A stretch of DNA of 64,000 nucleotides from the human T2T-CHM13v2.0 reference genome, Homo sapiens: the NCBI RefSeq assembly GCF_009914755.1, contig NC_060947.1, one strand, 5' to 3'. This document shows positions 25,978 to 40,316 of the stretch, one piece after another (the stretch's first letter is position 1; the number at the start of each line of letters is the position of its first letter). A program made the position numbers and the translations under genes. The notes under the pieces are model-generated. The model was not told the DNA's origin and did no database searches. It saw nothing but the letters and a program-made list of their open reading frames with translations.

Positions 25978-26459
25978 CTATTTCAAAAAGAAAAGTTTAC
26001 TGTAGAAATCTCTAAAAGGGGAAGAAAATCTTGCAAAGACAAGAAAACATGAATCTGAACATATCATGGGGTGGCTGGGAGGAGAGGGGAGTGGATGGAT
26101 ACAGAAAAGAGAAACTTCAATAAGAGGAGGAAAAAAGAGAGAACCAGGAAAAGAGACAGAGGAAATGTAAGGAAGACCACAGATGTCAAAGGATATTTAT
26201 TTCTGTTACTTGAAGAGGGATAAATTATACTCTTGCATCAAAACCCTCAGTGCTTAGTATTATCACATTCACTAAACATAGAAAATAAATTATGCACATA
26301 AGTTTTCAAAATAAAAAAATGAAGAGAGACCAAAGTTGACAATTTGTTAGCAATTAAGTAGCAATATATAACCTTGTGGGCAGAGAATACCACTAGGCCT
26401 AACCTTTTAAAATGTAGCATTTTGTCTATTTTTGGAAAAATATAACACATTCACTTTGT

Positions 26460-27015
26460 GTGTTTTATTAGTAAGAGTTCTCCAGAGAGACAGACCCAAT
26501 AGGAGATAGATGAATAGATAGGTAGACAGATAGATATATGAGAAGATATTTATTAGGGAAATTGGTTCACATTATTATGGAAGTTGAGAAGTGCCACAAG
26601 AGGCCATCTGCAAGCTAGAGACCCTGGGATGCTGGTAGGATGGCTCAGTCCAAGTCTGAAAGCCTTAGAACCAGAGAAAGAGGTGTCTTAGTCTGAGGCT
26701 GAAGGCCCTTTAAGAATCCAGGAAAGGTACTGGTTAAGTCCAGGAGGCTAAAGGCTGGAAAGTATGGAGTTCTGATGTCCCAAGGCAGAAGACAAAGAGC
26801 GTCCCAGCTCCAGAAGAGAAAGAAGAACTCACCTTTTCTATGCCTTTTTGTTCTGTTGAGGCCTCCATGCAATTTGATGGTGCCCACTCATGCAGAGGGT
26901 CAGTTAATTGGCCTATTCATAGGCCAGTCTCCTCTGCAAACACTCTCACAGACACATTCAGAAGTAATGCTTTATCAGTTTTCTAGGTATTCCTTAGTCC
27001 AGTCATTTACCATTC
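26460..27015 (-). mobile_element. MLT2B-like ERVL LTR
   Basis: tattagtaagagttctccagagagacagacccaatagga...ccatctgcaagctagagaccc...cactctcacagacacattcagaagtaatgc. Confidence 0.88.
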
Positions 27016-27429
27016 ATGTGTTTAAACAATATGTATGTATTTGGTACAGTGAAACACAAGTGTCTCTGTGCATTAGAAGAAAATGAAAGCTTGAAACTAT
27101 TATTCAAATGTGAAAACAGTCCTCTAGATATTTTCTTTAAAGTACATGGTACAAAGCAGCGTACAGCCCATCGTGGACTCTAGAATATGTAGCGCTTGCT
27201 CAAATTTGCAAAAGGAATGAATAGGCTATGTAAAAGTACAGGAGATTTTCACATTTCTTTCATTCTAAGTAAATAATCCAAAGCAATTACAAGACACTTT
27301 TTAAAAAACTTATATTTTCGGTTTGGGGATCCATGTGAAGGTTTGTTACATAGGTGAACTCATACAACGGATTTTTTAATATACAAATAAGTAACTAGAT
27401 AACGTTACATTCATAGACATAACTTTAGA

Positions 27430-27630
27430 TCACAAGGCACATTGTTTTATGTGATTATCACAGTCAATCTGTGAGGTTTGCAGTACAAGTTATATTTTCT
27501 CTCTTCTAAAGATGAAGAAACTGAAGCTCAGAGAGTTGAAGTGACTTGCTCAGGATTAAAGTATAAAAAAATGCAACTGAAACTCAGGTCTCCCAAATCC
27601 AAGTCCAATACTTTTTCCATCAACTACACT
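27430..27630 (-). mobile_element. MIR
   Basis: gatgaagaaactgaagctcagagagttgaagtgacttgctcagg core. Confidence 0.8.
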
Positions 27631-27757
27631 GCTACTAAAACTATGGGAATCACAATTAAGTCAGACTGAGTATGGTCATCTAAAAATCCTAGCTAAAGAT
27701 TTAGAAGAGAATCCAGAAGATACCCCAAATCCCACCCCCACCCCCCACCCCACCTGA

Positions 27758-28072
<315 letters not shown>

Positions 28073-29154
28073 GGTCACTGTATTTCTTAGTGCGTCATAT
28101 ACCAGACATCTTTTCCTGCATCATTCACAACTCCTAGCAATAGTGTGTCCTAGGTATACAATAGGTGTCCAATAAATACTTATTTGGTTCAATTACTGCT
28201 CAAAAGGCTTAAAATTAATAATCAATCTAATAAGCTGCTAGTGTTTCCATCAACCTTTTGAATTGTTGAAGAAACTCTAGAATTAAGGAACACGTGGTGT
28301 TAAAACTGCCTATCAGATATATCAATTTTATTGACATGCTTTTTTGCAGAGATGTACTATAGACTTTTTTCTTCTTTTAAATTCAGCAAGCTTCTCATGC
28401 ATTCAAAAATATAATTACAAAATGCTCCAAATATTATTTCAAAACCTATTAGCTGCTTTTTGACCACAAAATACAAACTTATTAAAATTATGTTTGGAAA
28501 TAAATATTTCTGTGACAATTGTAATAAATGTGGGGGAAAAAAATACATAGGTTAAAAGCAAGAGTTTATGTACATGCGTATTCATTTTTCTCTAATAAAT
28601 GCATAAAGGTACACTAAACTCAAATTCAGGACTATTCATTCTCTTTTTGTTTCTAAATAGGGGCATGTATAAATGTAGTCATTTTTCTGGAAATGTGGTA
28701 ATAGCCAAATTCAAAACATTTAATTGGAAACAGCAAACACTCATTTTGAAGGAAGCCAATCTCAAAATGGGACCTAGAAGTTCTTATGTCATGCCATGTT
28801 TGGATTTACAGCTACTGGATTTATGGCTATTAAATGAAATAAAAGCCAAAAAGTTTCAAAATAGTATGTTTGTTAGTTGTGGAGAATCCAGTGGAAATTG
28901 TGGCTTTTGAAGTGTTATAGACAGAGGAGAGATGTCACAAAAGTGTCCACGTTTAGCATTTCTGCTAAAATAGACATAAAACAAAACAAAAATATCCTGT
29001 AAATTAATGTAGCAATTCTGAGTTGCTGTTTCAAAGATGTGGCAACTCCTTGTCACTTCTCTAGGTACTACTGATTTTACTGTTAGCATTAGAAAGGAAG
29101 AGAGCTATATGTAGTGTTACGATTTAATGCCAATATTTGTTTCTCTATCTTTTG

Positions 29155-29275
29155 AATGGGACTAGTAGCTTCATGAAGGCAGGCATGATAGCTAATTTGC
29201 TCTCAATTTTATCCCCGATGCCTAGTGTAGTGCATGGCACATGGCAGACACTTGATAAATATTTTTAATGAATAC
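29155..29275 (+). mobile_element. L2 3' end
   Basis: agcttcatgaaggcagg...cctagtgtagtgcatggcacatggcagacacttgataaatattt. Confidence 0.75.
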
Positions 29276-31263
29276 ACAATATCAAGAGGGAATGAGTTTG
29301 AAACTGGAGGAATGCCTCACAGACACCCAGAAATCTCAAATATCTGAAATAGTGCTGAAAGGAAATGCCTCTTATAGTAAAGAAATAGCTTTGGTGAAAC
29401 AAGAAAGAATGGAAAGAGTAAAGAGCACACAGCTGATCCCACCCTCATACTGATTGCTTTGTTCATCAAGAGAGTAAATTTCATGGGTTGTTAATAGTCA
29501 ATCTTCTAAAGTACAAAATCTGAAAAATACAGACGTCATGTGGAAAGGACAGAGAACAAGAAAACAAAGAGAAACAAATGGTAGGGACTGAGCAGCGGAC
29601 TCTGACACCAAAGGTCAGAAGCAATAAGATAATTGATTTCCTTGTCACATGCTCTGTAGTCTTCTGAATCTAACAGTCATTTCATTTTCAGTAGTTTTCG
29701 AGAGACTTATAAACACTAACAGCAAAACAGCAGACTTTTTGGTAGGAGTAGAAATGTCTGTGTGTGTATTTGCTGGTGTGTGTCTGTGGGGTGTGGACAG
29801 CCATCTACCTCTCAGTAGTCCTTAGGTACATCCCTGTACCACATTTTAAGGATATCAGCTACAGGACATTTGTTGTCAACCTGAAGAGTTACAGTTTCAA
29901 TGAAAGGACAAACAATGGTATATTATTATAGGTCTAAGAAATAGCAGATGATGTTCAGAATGTCACTGACAAGTCAAGAAACCCAGCATATACTAGAAGT
30001 AAAGATTTCTGGAAGGTAAAGCCATGACCTAGGAGAAGGCTTCTTTGGATTTTGATTCACCAATTAATTTCACAGAAAGGTAGTCATGCACACCCCACAA
30101 GAGATCAAACTGCTGCACACTGTTTTCTTGTAGTTTTATGAGAAAGAGGCAAACAACCAAGACTCAGTTCAATACTAGCAATTTTTCAAGAGAATGAGTT
30201 CCTGGCTTCAATACTTACATAATTTTATTTAGCCTTTGAATATATATTTATAATTACATATTTGATAATAACTCTAAGGAATTAAAAAGGGATTAAATTA
30301 TTTCCTATATGCAGAGTATTTTAGAAATGTTTTCATTTGGGAAAAAAGGCAGTTTAAACAAAAGCACTGGTTCTTACAGAGTCATACGCAAGTTATTTGA
30401 AAATCTACTTGGCTAAGCCTCAGCATTCCTGCAAGATGCTACATAGACCACTTTCAGTTGAATAGGAATTACCAAATGTTGGATTATTTTAGCCCTGATG
30501 AAGAGTATATGCCTATTTTAGTTTACCAGTGTCACCTGCCGGGTCACAAAGTATAAAACCTGATTCAACAAACTGAAGTATAGGGACCCAATCACAAGGT
30601 ATTGGAGACAAGAACTACTGTACAAGTGCTGCAAGATGTGAAACACTACCATTCCAGACTCTTACCTAATGTATTATTGCAAATAGTTATTACCTCAGAA
30701 ACAAGTTCTTTTGAGTAGAGCTAATGCTACCCCAGATACACCTCAATATCCTCTTCATTAAACAGTCTTAGGAATACTTTAATTTATTGCTGTGCTTTTA
30801 AATACAAATTTTCTCATAAAACTGTAGGCAATTTCCACATGCCATTTTTATATGTGGGGATTACTTGAGACTGTTTCTAACCAGAGGAAAAATTCATAGT
30901 TTATACTAAGATGAACTCCCTTCATTGCTGCAGTATTTATAGCTCGTGAAATTAACATTCTGAACAAATCTCTGGCATAGCATCCAAATAAATATAGTAG
31001 GAATAAATTTTACAGATAAACATGTGCCTAGAGTCAGTGGCAATTGAAAACAGAAAGATATTAAAACAGGTTACATTGATTCTGTGGTCTTCCTTTATGG
31101 TTCAGATGGTGCAGCCTGTGAACTTATGTTACATAGGCTGCAATGTTTTTTTAAAAAAATTATGAATTCTTTATTTTGCATGCTTTTGTGTTCACAACAT
31201 ATCCACCAAATAAAACAAATTAAGTAGGGATGGATGACTTCTGGTATTCCCACATTCTGAATT

Positions 31264-31619
<356 letters not shown>

Positions 31620-32296
31620 TAATTCCTAGTAGTTTAATAAATTCAAATAAACCTTATCTGGATTATTCTCAGAATCCAATCCTTAAATTTTCAAAACTGT
31701 CCATTAAAAGTAATAATGCGGTTTTAATGTGTTCATTCATTTAATACTTGTGCTATGCTCTATTTGGTCTCAAGGCCTCAAGTTTAAAGTCTAATGTTTT
31801 AATCGTTCACTCCTTATTGACACACTTTTGGATTCCTTTCCTGATAGTCTTAAGAAATATGTTTCCTTTAGCTCAAGCTCTCTTCTTTTTCCTTTTAAAT
31901 AAGTTCAGACATGGAAAGAAATTGGGGATGGATAACTAATAAAGTTTCCAGATAAATTATAAGTAATTCTTACCTCAGATGCAATGTTTTCTGTCAGTGG
32001 TCAGAGGCCATTATGACAAACATAGTGTTAGTGACTTTTTTGCCAAGACAAGATGAAAGGAACACCTGGAACCATGTTTGGTAAAAGTGACTTCTGTATG
32101 GTTCATCAAACCAAGCAGACAGAAGCAGGTTCCTAGGAGTGAGGCAAAAGAAAAACATGGTTGGCTGCTTTGGATGGCTAGGCAGGTCTAGATAGTTTGG
32201 AAACAAAGGCTGTTTCCAGTCCATAAAGTCCATGAGAGCAAGGGTGAAGTCTGATTTATTAATTGCTATATTCCCAAAACCTAGCATCACATCAGC

Positions 32297-32664
32297 TGTG
32301 GTCTGAATGTTGGTGCCTCTCTCCAAATTCATATGTTGAAACTTTATCCCCAATGTAATGGTATTAAGAGGAGAGGCCATAGGAGGTGATTAAATCATGA
32401 GGGTAGAGACCTCATTAATTGGATTAGTGCACTTACTAACAAGCTTGAAGGGAACTGCCTTGCACCTTCCACCTTCCACCATGTGAGGATGAAACTACAA
32501 GGCACCATCTACGGAGCAGAGAGCCAGGCCTCACCAGACACCCAATCTGCCAGCACTTGATCATGGACTTCCCAGCCTTCAGAACTGTGAGCAATAAGTT
32601 TCTATTGTTTATAAATTATCCATTGTGAAGTAGTTCCTTAAAGAAGTCCAAACAGACTAAGACC
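32297..32664 (+). mobile_element. MaLR LTR (MLT1A/MSTD-like) inserted in an L2 3' end
   Basis: tgtggtctgaatgt...ccaaattcatatgttgaaac...cagccttcagaactgtgagcaataagtttc...aacagactaagac; L2 sequence on both flanks. Confidence 0.88.
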
Positions 32665-35042
32665 GTATGTTACAAAGTAGATGCTAACTAAATATATGTT
32701 GACTGGCCAATGTAATACTAATAAGCAATTCATCCTCTCTTATTAGCACTTCTGAAAATCTTATTTTCGAAAGACAAATGAAGACTGCAAGACAGTCTCT
32801 TTCTCTCAACTAGGACATTTCAACATAATATGAAGACCTACAATGTGTCAACAACATCTGGAGCCTCTAGATTTGTAACATGTAGACATTTCTCAAAATG
32901 TGAGACACAATTCCAAATATTTTAGAAGTGGTCAAGTAGATTTTCTCGCACAAGAGAAAAAATATTTTTATCCTTCAGGACGGAAATCAAACACAGTGGA
33001 TAGAATGATGATATGAGGTTTAAATAGTGGCATTAAATAGGAATTTCTATCTGCAACATGCACAGTTGCTGCGGTTTCCATTTGAGTTGAAAATTAAGGC
33101 AATGTTGTAGCTTTTCTATAATATAACCACATGTGTTTCTACATAATAGGAATTTATATTCATACACTCAATACTTCTCTGAGACTGTTTTCAATTTAGG
33201 CATTTGTAAATGCAAAAAGTCATTTGATGCCTAGGTGGAGAAAGGTCTTTTGTTGAAGAAAACATTTTACTGATTCTAAAATGCAGTTTCTTTTCCCCTA
33301 CTAAAACAAATACTGGCAGGCTATTGGTTAATTTATTAAAGGAACATGGACTTCTTCTAGAAAGATACTTCCCATTAAGCTATTGAGCTGAATAGGATAA
33401 TTCTAAGTAGTTTCTAATTCATAATTATTCTTGAATCTGGGCAGAAAATGTCACTGTCACTATGTTTGGGATTTGAAAGAACAATCCTTGCAGTTAGAAA
33501 TAATGAGGAAAAACATGTATCTTGTGGGGAGAGGAAGGCATATTAACAATAAAATAATGAAATGTTAAACAAACTAGGTTTAACATCTAATTGTTCATAA
33601 TTTTTATTTTATTTATTCATTTACTTATTTTTACTATTTGTTGCTTAATTCCGTTTGCTGCAAATTTATTTGGATTTTTGTACCTATGTTTATGAGTGAG
33701 ATTCCCTGTAATTTGCATTTCTTGTACAGCCTTTGCTTACAATAGTTCTAAAATCTAAGTTGGAGAAATTGCACTCATTTTGAAACTCGTGGAAGGGTTT
33801 GTACACTATAACGATCTTTGATGTTTGGGAAAAAGTTAAAATCATGTTGCTATTTTTATGATTATTGTGTTCATATCTGGGAGACTAAATAAACAAATAG
33901 ACCATTTCTTTAATGGTCTATTCTGATTTTCTGTTTTTTTTTTTTTCTGCAATCAGCTTCTTATTCCAATAATGTCAAGAGATTTTTCTATTTCATTCAA
34001 TTTTTTAAATGTATTAATTGTTCATAAAGTTCTTTATTATAGTTTCTATGATCACCCATTTTAATGCTTTTTTTCTTGACCAATCTTACTATAGTTTGAT
34101 ATATTTTGCTGGTCTTTTCAAAGAGCCAGTTTTTGGCTTTTTTGATTGCCTTTAATACAAGTTTATTTCCATTTCAGTAATTTCAGCCCCTATAATTATT
34201 ATTTCCCTCCTAACTTCTTAGGGCTTATTCTGTTGTTTTTAACTTCTTCAATGTTTATAACATGTGCATTTTAAACCACATATTTTCCTGTAGATGATGG
34301 ATTGGCTTCATGTGACAAATTTTGTTTTGTAGTATTTTCACTGTCATTCATTGAAAGTATTTTCTAATTTTCATATATCTTCTTTGACCCAGGAACTTTT
34401 TAGAATTTTATTTTAAATTTTCTTTACATAGTTTATTGTTTCGGTTATTTTCTAATTTCATCGTATTTTGGCTAGAGATCACTATGTGATTGATAGTTGG
34501 TTATTTGTTAAGACCGTGTTTGCAGCCTCTTTATTGGTCAATTTTTGTAAATATCTCATATGTGCTTAAAATGTATATGCACTGAATGTGTGATACATGG
34601 TTCTATTTCTATCCATTTGACTAAGCTTGGTAATTGTGATCTTCAATCTTCTATGTCCTTACTGAAAGAGTTCTTTTAAAACTTCCCATTTCACTATACT
34701 AGATATTTTGTTGTAATTATTTCAATGATGACATCATAAAATTTGAAGCTATGTTGTTAAGTTCTCAGAGATTGAGAGTTATTTTACCATTCTGCCAAAT
34801 TTCTTCATTTTAGTATTATGTAATACCTCCCTTAATCCATAATAATGCTTTGGGATAAAGTATATTTTGTCTGATAAAGATACAGCGGCACTAGGTATTT
34901 TTTCATTAATACTTTCCTGAGATGTGTTTCCTTATCCCTCTATACACTTCCTTTTTTTGTTCTTAGGTTTGAGAGTGTCTTATTAAAATAGCTTATAGCT
35001 ATATTTTGTCATTTGAAATTACTCTCAGGGTCTTTAACTTTT

Positions 35043-35323
35043 TTTCTCTTTTTTTTTTTTTGAGACGGAGTCTCGCTTTGTCTCCCAGGCTGGAGTGCAG
35101 TGGCGTGATCTCAGCTCACTGCAAGCTCTGCCTCCTGGGTTCACGCCATTCTCCTGCCTCAGCTTCCGGCCCGCCACCACACCCGACTAAGTTTTTGTAT
35201 TTTTAGTAGAGACGGGGGTTTCACTGTGTTAACCAGGATGGTCTCGATCTGCTGACCTCGTGATCCGCCCGCCTCGGCCTCCCAAAGTGCTGGGATTACA
35301 GGTGTGAGCCACCACATCCGGCC
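35043..35323 (-). mobile_element. AluY with about 20-bp internal deletion
   Basis: AluY diagnostics gcaagctc...ttcacgccattctcc; lacks the gagtagctgggactaca segment at about 35167; TSD GTCTTTAACTTTT. Confidence 0.95.
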
Positions 35324-35574
35324 CAGTCTTTAACTTTTAACATACAAATATTACAACTTATTTTGATGTTTCCCAAAATATTTGAGTTTAATTTCTACCA
35401 TATTATTTTGTGGCTTTGCTTTGCTTTTTTCTTCTCCTTTTCCTCATCTTACTGTACTGATTGATTTTTCTTTATTCCTTTTTTCTCATTCAGTTTGGAA
35501 GATAATATAATCTTTTCTTTGATAGGTATCTCTATGCATTTTTCAGTTTATTTCACAAACTAATTTTAATCACA

Positions 35575-35995
35575 TTTTTTATTTTGAGATAATTGCAGAT
35601 TCACATACACGTGTATGAAATAACACAGAGAAACCAGATGAACCCCATACCAGTTTTCTCCAATGGTACCACCTTGCAAAGTTATAGTACAGTATCATAA
35701 CCAGATATTGACATTGGCACAGTCAAAATACAGAACAGTTCTATCGCCATGAGGATCCCTTACATTGTCCTTTTATAGCTACATTCACCTCCCTTCCATC
35801 TCTTTTCCCTTCCTGATCCCTGGCAACTACTAGTCTTCCATTTCCATAATTTTGTCATTTCAAGTATGTTATATAAATGAATCATATAGTATGTAACACT
35901 TTGGGATCAACTTTTTTCATTCAGTGTAATTCCCAGAGAATTCATCGAAGTTGTATGTATTGATGGGTCCTTCATTTTTACTGCTGAATAATTGT
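35575..35995 (-). mobile_element. L1MC-like 3' end
   Basis: attttgagataattgcagattcacat...gaaataacacagag...ccagatattgacattggcacagtcaa. Confidence 0.8.
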
Positions 35996-37064
35996 CTTTA
36001 TGCTTTAAAAATGCACACTGATCTGAGACAATCCAAACTTAATCACTTAATCAACAATTCCAGTCCTCTTCCAAACTGGAAAATGGATCTTAAAGTACTT
36101 TATCTCAAATTCCCTCATCTACAGTGTTTTTGTTATGAAATATTTAGTTTCAGTTTGTTTTTAACCCCTAAGTTAATTGCAATTATTATTTCTCTTATTC
36201 TTTTTTTTTCGGTCTATGCTTATACATATACTTACCACTTTCTGAGCTCATTGTTGCTTCCTGCATCCCATCCAATTACTTTTGGATACACTTTTTTTCA
36301 AAATATCATTTCCTATTTCTTTTAGTAACTTTCTCTATAAGGTATATTCTCATAGTGTTTGTCCAAAAAATGTTTCAATTCACTTTTACTCTTCAATAAT
36401 TGGCAAGGTAGAAAGCTCAAGGTTAGCAGTCGTGGTCCCACATTACTTTGAAGATATTATTGCATTGACTGTTGGCTTCTATTGTTGCTATTAAGAAATC
36501 CTTTATATATAATCACTATTTTTTTTTCCTCTGGTTTAAGGTTTTCATTTAACATCAGTCTTCTGAAGTTTCAGTATGACGTTTACATTCATTTTTACTT
36601 ATCCTGCTCAAACTTATTGTACTTTTTAAATCTAAGGATTCATGTCTTTTGTCATTTCTGGAAAATAAATCTCAACTATTATGTCTTCAAATATTGCCTC
36701 AAAGCCCATCCCTACATTTGTAATGTCTGGGCTAAAAGTACAAATTAAGGCTCTAATGCCATAAGTCTACATTTTTTAGAAAGTTATAAATTAGACTCAC
36801 TTTTCAATAAAACAGGTTCTATCAAATACCTTGACATGTATATCTTTATAAAGAAAAAAAAATCAGGTGTACAAAGCTACAGTTTTTATCTGACTGAAAG
36901 TTGACAAAATAGCAAAGATAATTAAATTGGATGACTTTGTATGTATATGGGTGTTCCATTGATGGGCCAGCAATATTGAAATTTGTAAAAACTAAAGATG
37001 TGCATAATGCATACATTAATATCTATTTCTTCCATATAGTTTATTTTGCTTGCCTTGTGTACAT

Positions 37065-37571
37065 CTTATATAATTCTCTTTGAGGACAGGTGGAACTTGC
37101 GACTTGCTTCTAACAAAAGTAGTGGGATGTCACTCTCATTATTAGGTTAACTTATATAAGACCCCATCTTTACATACTGGAGAAAGAGACTCTTCTGCTG
37201 GCATCGAAAACATAAACTGCCATGTTGTAAGGAACCCTGTGAGTGTGTCACATGGCAGTGAACTCTTGGTGGCCTCTAGGGTGTAAGGTCAGCCTCCAGT
37301 TGATAGCTAGCAAAAAGCTGGAGCCTTCAGTCATATAGCCACAAAAAAATGAACTCTGTCAACAACCTGAATGAAAGTGGATCTTTCCCCAGTGGAGACT
37401 TTCAATGAGACTCTGTTCCTGTCACCTTGACTGTAGCCTCGCTGTGAGACCCTGAGCAGAGGGCCCAGTTAAGCCATGCCTGCACTCCTGATCCACAGAA
37501 TCTGATAATATATTTTATTTTTAGCCCTAAAACTGTGGTAATATATTTTATAGTTATAGATAACTAATACA
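37065..37571 (+). mobile_element. MLT1E-like MaLR LTR
   Basis: gacttgcttctaac...gggatgtcact...tcaacaacctgaatga...gtgagaccctgagcagagggcccagttaagcc...aactaataca. Confidence 0.85.
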
Positions 37572-37650
37572 CTAACAAAAATCACTAGCAATGTTGTTAC
37601 ACTCAAAATAGTCACACAACTACTTTTCTATTGACTCTGTTCATCTAAAT

Positions 37651-37830
37651 CAGGGATTGACAATTTTTTCTGCAAAGGGATAAGTATTTAAAAGACTTTG
37701 CAGTACGCAGTCTCTGTCATGTAAATTTGTCTTTTTTTTACAACCTTTAAAAAATGTCAAAACTGTTCTGAGTTCATTGACTATACAAAAAGAGGAAGTG
37801 GCCCGGGGGCCATGGTTTGCTGAACTTCTG
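37651..37830. mobile_element. MER58-like hAT-Charlie MITE
   Basis: TIRs cagggattgacaatt / ggtttgctgaacttctg; TSD-like atctaaat / ttctaaaa. Confidence 0.75.
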
Positions 37831-38094
37831 TTCTAAAAGATGAAGCAAATATAATTGGAGTCATTATCCACAAAAGTCTATATGTCTTTATAAAGATGCA
37901 CATCAACATAAATACAAAAACCAATAGATGTATTTTTCATGTGTTTTCAAAGACATATTTTTCTCTAAAATATTTAAAATTAACTAGTAAACTGAACCAC
38001 TTATCAGTAATTACCTATCTAATTATCAGTAATTCCATTTTTTTCAAGAAAACTTTGCTCACTTTTTTTTTTTTGAGCCCTCACCAAAATCTCC

Positions 38095-38670
38095 TTTAAT
38101 ATCCATGTTTCTACCAAGTCCTTTCAAGGCACTCTAGGTTTTCTCCCGTCATTCACCTCGAAACTCTTCCAACCTCTACAAATTACCCAATTCCAAAGCC
38201 ACTTCCATATTTTAGGCATTTGTGACAGCAGTACTCCATTTCCCAGTATCAAAATCTATAGTAGCCTGTTAGAGTTGCTATAATGAAGTACCATAGACTA
38301 ACTGGCTTAAGCAACAGAAGTGTATTGTATCATAATTCTAGAGGCTAGAAGTCCAAAATTAAGGTGTTAGTAGGGTTGATTCTTTCAGAGGGCAGTGATG
38401 GAAGAATTTCTTCTAGCCCTCTCTCCTTGGCTTGTAAATGGCTGTCTTCTCCCTGTATCTTTTTACCTTGTCTTCTATGTGTGTCTCTGTGTCCAATTTT
38501 CCTCTTTTTATAAGGACATCAGTCATATTGGATTAGGCCTCACCCTAATGACCTCATTTACCTTGATTGCCTCTGTAAAGACTCTATCTCCAGATAAGGT
38601 CACATTTTGAGGTTCTGTGGGTTAGAACACTGACATATGAATTTTAGAGGGACACAATTCAACCCATAAC
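38095..38670 (-). mobile_element. MLT1B/C-like LTR (38258-38670) still attached to MaLR internal sequence (38095-38257)
   Basis: aattccaaagccacttccatattttaggcatttgtgacagcagtactcca (MaLR internal start) abuts LTR ...gaggctagaagtccaa...acacaattcaacccataac. Confidence 0.8.
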
Positions 38671-38734
38671 TATATATAAATATATATGCATATATAGTTA
38701 ATTTATATATAATTAACTACATTATATATAAATT

Positions 38735-39140
38735 ATAATTTCTTCTGAGTCATTTGAGTATAAATTATGGACATCATGACCCTATGCAGCTAAATATTTC
38801 AGCATGTATATCCTAAGAACAAGGACATTCTCTTAATCAATAAAATTATCAAACTCAGAAAATTGATACAATTATCTAATATTGTCTATATTCAAATTTC
38901 CCTTATTTTTGTAATTATGTATTTTATAGCCATTTTTAAATTAACCAAAATCCAATCCAGCATAACATACTGTATTTTGTTATCATGCCTCTTTAGTGTC
39001 CTTTCATCTGAATAGTTTTTCAGCCTTTCTTTGTCTTTTGTGATACTGACCTACTTCTAAATTAGGAGTAGTCCTGCTGTTTTATAGAATGTTGGCTATT
39101 TTGTAGAATGTCTTGCAATTTGCATTTGGCTGATAGTACA
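38735..39140 (-). mobile_element. L1MC/MD-like 3' end
   Basis: gacatcatgaccc...taaatatttcagcatgtatatcctaagaacaaggacattctc. Confidence 0.75.
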
Positions 39141-39977
39141 CACACACATATACATATTTGACTATATATATGTAATTTTAAGATTAACATAAATTTTTTA
39201 ATATTTCAAAATATTGCAATGTGTATCTGTTGGGAATATCACACTAAATTGTGAGTGCTTTTGGCACATGAATTGGAACAGAGAGAGAAGCAAGAAAAGG
39301 AAGCTCTTTGCAAATGTAAACTGACACTTTGTTATTCAAGAATCGATTGTAATCAAGCTGAGAGGAAGGATTTGACAAGTTAATCAATTTGGCTTTATAT
39401 TATCTAAGTAATTTCACTGCTCATACCCTTTCCACTCTCTGAAGCAGTATCCAACTTTTCATAGTGGTACAACCCACAAACCTTCACTGTGTTCAGATGT
39501 AGTTGATGTTTGCTTTGAGGACATAGGGCAAGATATGTGAAGAAACATTCTCCTGGGGATTAAGTAATGTTTTTTTATTTCCTTTGTTTTTAATGAGAAT
39601 GGATGATTAGGGTTACTTTTTAAACTTTGCTAGTGCCAAGCACCAGCACAGAGGCATCTATATATTTTTAAAATAAAATGCATATGTGTGTGTCTGTAAT
39701 ATGTGAAGAACTCTAAAGTACAGTGCCCAGGAAAGGAGTACCTCTGGCCTAGGTGTAAGGATAGCAATGAACCCCTCATACAATTTTCACACTCCCTCTA
39801 ATTTTCTACTCATACCATTCCTTTTAGACATATGTTTACCCTTCTCATTCCATCTTCAAAATCATTTTAATTTCTTTTATATTTTCATTTTTTTCTCTAT
39901 TCTTTGTATTCTAGGTAATTTTTTAAAATCTATCTTTAAGTTCACTAATTTTCTTTTCATCTGAGTCTAATCTTCCA

Positions 39978-40316
39978 TTTTTTATTTCATTTTTATAGAT
40001 TTAAGGGATACAAGTGCAGTTTTGTTACATGGATATACTGCATAGTGGTGAAGTCTGGGCTTTTAGTTTACCCATCACTGGAATAATGTACATTGTACCC
40101 AATAAGTAGTTTTTCATCCCTCACCCACTTCTCACAGTCCCACCTATTGGAGTCTCCTGTGTCTATTATTCCACTCTGTATGTCCATGTGTACTCATTGT
40201 TTAGCTCCCACTTGTAAGTGAGAACCTGTGGTTTTTGATTTTGTGAGATGTTTCAGTTAAGATAATGGCCTCCAGCTCCATCTGCATTGCTGCAAAAGAC
40301 ATGATTTCATTCTTTA
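39978..40316 (-). mobile_element. L1PB4-like 3' end inserted in L1ME
   Basis: gatttaagggatacaagtgcagttttgttacatggatatactgcatagtggtgaagtctgggc...gctgcaaaagacatgatttcattc. Confidence 0.88.

Larger units (their letters stand above)
33600..36700 (-). mobile_element. Old L1ME-type LINE (antisense ORF2/ORF1 remnants) with nested Alu and L1MC piece
   Basis: Antisense L1 phrases ggtcttttcaaagagccagtttttggc, tctttgacccagg, ttggtcaatttttgtaaat, tatattttgtctgat. Confidence 0.75.
36700..39769. mobile_element. Possible ancient hAT (Tip100-like) DNA transposon fragmented by nested insertions
   Basis: Imperfect terminal inverted repeats caaagcccatccctaca (36700) and tgtaaggatagcaatg (39754-39769); L1ME-like sequence resumes outside them. 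Confidence 0.35.
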
